DNA from: Octopus vulgaris
Taxonomy: Eukaryota
Direction: 5' to 3'
DNA length: 64,000 bases
Assembly (NCBI GenBank): GCA_951406725.2
Contig: OX597837.1
Location: 40,176,001-40,240,000, forward strand
A program made the position numbers and the translations under genes. This document shows, piece after piece, positions 59,448-64,000 of this stretch; the stretch's first letter is position 1, and each line of letters opens with the position of its first letter. Under the pieces are notes generated by a model that saw only the letters and a program-made list of their open reading frames with translations, ran no database searches and had not been told where the DNA came from.

Positions 59448-61255
59448 ATGGTGGTGGTGGTGGTCGTGGATGTGGTGGTGGTGGTGTTTGGTGGTGGCGG
59501 TGGTGGTAGTGATGGTTGTGGAGGTGGTGGTGGTGATGGTGGTGCTGGTGCTGCTGCTGGCGATGGTAATGGTGTTAGTGGTGATGGTGGTGGTAGTGGT
59601 GGTGGTGATGGTGATGGTAGTGATGGTGGCGGTAGTGATGGTGGTGATGGTTGCGGAGGTGGTGGTGGTGATGGTGATGGTGGTGCTGCTGCTGGCGATG
59701 GTAATGGTGTTAGTGGTGGTGGTGATGGTAGTGATGGTGGTGGTAGTGATGGTGGTGATGGTTGTGGAGGTGGTGGTGGTGATGATGGTTGTGGAGGTGG
59801 TACTGTTTGGTCGTGGTGCTAGTGGTTATGGTGGCTGTAGGGATGGTGGTGATGGTTGTGGAGGTGATGGTGCTGGTGGTGCTGGTGGTGGTGGTGTTTG
59901 GTGGTGGTGCTGGTGGTGGTGTTTGGTGGTGGTGCTGGTGGTGGTGATGGTGGTGGTGATGGTGGTGGTGGCGCTGTTGCTTGTGGTGGTGGGAGTCGTG
60001 GTGGTGGTGATGGTGATCGTGTTAGTGTTGATGGTGGTGGTGGTGGTAGTGGTGGCGATGGTGATCGTGTTAGTGGCGATGGTGATGGCGATGGTGGTGA
60101 TGGTCGTATCGATCACTAACATTTTTTGGGGGAAGTTATCTTCGAGTAGCATTGTTTTTCCTCGTGCGTGTGTGCGTACGCGTTGTGCGTGTATGCATGT
60201 GTGCGTGCGTGCATATGTGTGTGCGTGCGTGCATATGTGTGTGCGTGTGTGTGTATACATTTTTTGTGTACGTTATGTGTGTATGTTGTTTGTGTGTGTG
60301 TACGTGTCTGTGCTGTGTGTGTATGTATATCCGTTGCATATGTGTGTGTGTGCTGTGAATGTGTGTGTATATGTGTGTCTGTCGGTATTTGGTGTGTGTA
60401 CGTGCATGTGTGTACTGTGTTGTTTGTATGTGTGTTTATGTGTATTGTGCATATACTTGTGTGTCTGTGCACGCGAGTATGTGTATGTGTGTGTGTTGTG
60501 TTTTGTCTTTCTCTGTCTCCGTGTACATGAGTACGTGTGTGTGTGTGTGCGTGCGCGTGCGTATGTGTTTGTTTGTGTGTGTGTGTGTGTGTGCGCGTAC
60601 GCGTGTGTGTTTAAACCTGTCCTACTGTGGAACCAACGAGAAAATGGTCAAAAAGATAAGGAGCGATATTCAACCGATATCGAACACAGAAATGTAGGTA
60701 AATGAAATATAAATGATCATCTGACAGACGACGGGGATAATTATAGAAGTTAATTGTTGTAATTAGAGAATAAATAAATTATATTTGTAAATTCTTATCT
60801 AAAAATTTAATTTAAAATTATACATTTCAGTGAAAGATAATAACGGAACTTTTAGTCTGTTGTTGTTTCCTCAGTATGGCGATGGTGGTGGTAGTTGTGG
60901 TGTCGGTGGTGGTGGTGGTGGTACTGGTGGTGGTGGTAGCGGTGGTATGTTCGTAGTGGGCGTTTTGATGGTAATAGTAACGGTGGTGTTAGTATTTGTG
61001 TTGGAAGTTATATAGGTCGTAGTAGTGGTGGAGGTGGTGGTGGTGGTGGTGGTTGTGGTGGTGATAGTGATGGTGGTGGTATTAGTGGTGTTGTTGATGG
61101 AAGTAGAGGTGGTTGCTGTGGAGGTTGTGGTAGTGGTGGTGAATGTAGAGGTGGTGATAGTGATGGTGGTAGTTGTGGAAGTTGTGATATTGGTGGTAGT
61201 GACGGTAGGTGTAGAGGTGGTAGTGGTGGTACTGGTGGTTGTTGTAGAAGTGGAA
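59448..61255. repeat. (GGT/GAT)n and (GT)n low-complexity tracts
   Basis: Direct inspection. Confidence 0.85.
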
Positions 61256-61472
61256 GGCGGCGAGCTGGCAGAAACGTTAGCACGCCGGGCGAAATGCGTA
61301 GCCGTATTTCGTCTGCCGTTACGTTCTGAGTTCAAATTCCGCCGAGGTCGACTTTGCCTTTCATCCTTCTGGGGTCGATTAAATAAGTACCAGTTACGCA
61401 CAGGGGTCGATATACTCGACTTAGTCCGTTTGTCTGTCCTTGTTTGTCCTCTCTGGGTAGTGAAGAAATAGG
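61256..61472 (+). mobile_element. SINE family A
   Basis: Complete head; ends GAAGAAATAG. Confidence 0.9.
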
Positions 61473-61784
61473 TTGTTGTAGAGGTGGTGATAATGGTGGT
61501 GGTGGTGGTGGTGGTGGTAATGACGGTAGCAGTATTAGTGCTGAAGTTAATAGAAGTGGAGGTGAATTTGTTCCACCTCTTTACTTTCAGACTTTAGATC
61601 CCGTTGAGGCTAACTTTACCTTTCATCACTGCAGGGACGGTAACACAAAGCACGAGTCAAGGGCTAAGGTCGAATATATAATCAATCGGTCTCTGCCTCC
61701 CACCCCTTACCCCTCTAAATTTCTGAACTTTTGCCTATATTAGAAGCATTCATAAATTTATAAAAATGGTTTCAAATCAACTCC

Positions 61785-62045
61785 TGAAATTAACGTACAA
61801 TTGGTTGAGCACGCCACAGACACACGAGGACCCTAAACGAAGTTCTCAGGGAGATTCAAGGGGACACAGATTCTGACAATGCTGGCCCCCTTTAAATTAC
61901 ACGTACATCTCATTGTTGCCAGTCGAGTACACTAAAGAAATGTGGAATAAAGTGGCTTCCTCGAGGACACAACGCGTCGCCCGGAATCGAACTCATCTTA
62001 GACCGCGAGCCGAATAGTCCTAAGCATAAAGCCACGCGCCTTAAC
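61785..62045 (-). mobile_element. SINE family C, degenerate
   Basis: Homologous to 21018-21336. Confidence 0.7.
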
Positions 62046-62234
62046 TATGCAACATGAATCACGAGCGCTTAGGCATTTCATTTTAGTCAAATTACAGTTT
62101 AAAAGCTACATGTTATTAATTAGAAACAAATCTTTGGTAATCTCTACGGGAATATATTGACTGACTTTGTTTTAGTAATAAAAACGATATTAAATGTAAA
62201 ATGTGTAAATTTTAAATATTTTTCTTATAATATA

Positions 62235-62442
62235 GAGGCGCAATGGCCTAGTGGTTAGGGCAGCGGACTCGCGGTCGCAGGATCGAGGTTTCGATTCTCA
62301 GACTGGGCGTTGTGTGTGTTTATTGAGCGAAAACACCTAAAAGCTCTACGAGGCTCTGGCAGGGGGTGGTGATCCCTGCTGTACTCTTTCACCACAATGG
62401 CGGTGCCCCAGCATGGCCACAGCTCAAGTGCTGAAACTGGAA
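62235..62442 (+). mobile_element. SINE head D fused to a family B-like tail
   Basis: ...CTCTTTCACCACAA followed directly by TGGCGGTGCCCCAGCATGGCCACAG. Confidence 0.75.
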
Positions 62443-62821
62443 AAGCAAAGCAAAGCAAGCAAAGCAAAAGCAAGCAATTATTTCCCAAGACACATCCATC
62501 GCCAAAGCACGAGTTATTCGTTGTTCTCGGGGGGGGGGGGAATTCAGATGTTGCTGAGGTCACACGAATGTGTAAAATGCGGTCACAGATTATTTTTATT
62601 ATTTTTTTTCTTTCTATTTTCTTAATGGTTTCAAGGGAGGAGAAAAGTGGCCGTATCGCTTTTTGAAGTTCTGATTGACCCGTGGGACGGAGAGACAGAA
62701 AAGCGATATTTACTTTTTTTCTTTTCACTGGACAGCAGATTCGGTTTAAATGTTTACAGTAGAGGAGCTGCTGTTAAAATAATTTTACGAAAAAGAATTT
62801 GGAGCTTTTTTTTATCTCATA

Positions 62822-62859
<38 letters not shown>

Positions 62860-62904
62860 TGTAATCTTTTACTTTTTTACTTGTTATTTTATATGTTATT
62901 TGTT

Positions 62905-63132
62905 TTTGATTGCCCTCAAGAGGCTAAACATAGAGGGGATAAACAAGGACAGACAAAGGGATTAAGTCGATTATATCGACCCCACTGCGTAACTAGTACT
63001 TAATTTATCGACTCCGAAAGGATGAAAAGCAAAGTCGACTTCGGTGAAATTTGAACTCAGAACGTAACGGCTGACGAAATACTGCTAAGCATTTCGCCCG
63101 GCGTGCTAACGTTTCTGCTAGCTTGCCGCCAT
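62905..63132 (-). mobile_element. SINE family A
   Basis: Family A motifs with tail type 1. Confidence 0.85.
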
Positions 63133-63403
63133 TTAATCTTTTACTTGTTTCAGTCATTTGGCCATACATAGATGTAGTACAGTGAAGATTTGAGAGATAA
63201 TTAAAAAATTCTCCATGTGAGATTCTTATGTGAATAGATACATACACCCGAGCGAATGTATCGACAGTTCAACGAATACATCAACCGAACCACTTATTCA
63301 CAAACACCGAGAACCCGCTTAACTATAAAAGTCTTATTGCTTTGTTAGCGACTGACTTGAATTCGCTCAAGAACTTAAATTAACTTAACGTTAAAACATG
63401 CAT

Positions 63404-63675
63404 GTGGAGGCACATGGCCTAGTGGTTAGAGCAGCGGACTCGCGGTCGAGGGATCGCGAGTCCGAATCTCAGATTGGGCGTGGTGTGTGTTTATGATCAA
63501 AAACATCTAAGCTCCACGCGGCTCCAGCAGAAGGTAATGGTAAAACTTCTGCTTACTCTTTCGCCACAACTTTCTCTCACTCTTTCCTCTTGCAGCTCAC
63601 CTGCGACGGACCGGCGACTCGTCCAGGTGGGAAACCTATACGCCAAGGAAACCAGGTGTGGCTCAAGAAGGAACA
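63404..63675 (+). mobile_element. SINE, head D with Meta-domain-like tail
   Basis: Reverse-complement homolog of 2593-2885. Confidence 0.85.
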
Positions 63676-63699
63676 AACAAAACATACATATACCCACAT

Positions 63700-63935
63700 A
63701 TCTGTTCCTTTACTACCCACAAGGGGCTAAACACAGAGGGAACAAACAAGGACAGACAAACAGATTAAGACAATTATATCGACCCCAGTGCGTAACTGGT
63801 ACTTCATTTATCAACCCCGAAAGGTAGAAATGCAAAGTCGACCTCGGCGGAATTTGAACTCAGAACGTAACGGCAGACAAAATACGGCTACGCATTTCGT
63901 CCGACGTGCTAACGTTTCTGCCAGCTCGCCGCCTT
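63700..63935 (-). mobile_element. SINE family A
   Basis: Family A motifs with tail type 1. Confidence 0.85.
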
Positions 63936-64000
63936 AACATATATCCATATATCGTCATCAACTTCATTAACTCACTGTATATAAGTTGTTTCTGCTATCA

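Noticed and set aside
59448-59822. Gly-rich ORF with an internal duplication, resembling a structural protein
   Set aside because: Explained by a (GGT/GAT)n expansion with local duplication; overlapping frames are also open.

Overview
AT-rich, repeat-saturated eukaryotic intronic or intergenic DNA. It is most consistent with an octopus (coleoid cephalopod) genome, inferred from the tRNA-derived SINE families and the very high microsatellite load. No intact protein-coding gene is supported: almost all listed ORFs are translations of (TA)n, (CA)n, (TATG)n, (GATA)n or trinucleotide repeats. Recognisable content: (1) dozens of copies of about four modular tRNA-head SINE families; (2) decayed coding remnants of a Penelope-like GIY-YIG endonuclease, an RTE-type LINE, R4/Dong-type RLE LINEs and mariner transposases; (3) Helitron/Helentron-like and hAT-like non-autonomous elements; (4) several unrelated short elements inserted in (TA)n tracts that carry hammerhead-ribozyme motifs (one fully canonical at 2308-2406, minus strand) or form fold-back inverted repeats. 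The most unusual unexplained structures are a highly degenerate tandem array of about 95-105-bp units with splice-site-like motifs (11.5-14.6 kb), and SINE concatemers with an identical 184-bp GT...AG-bounded unit and junction at two independent loci. All calls come from reading the sequence by eye; element boundaries are approximate.
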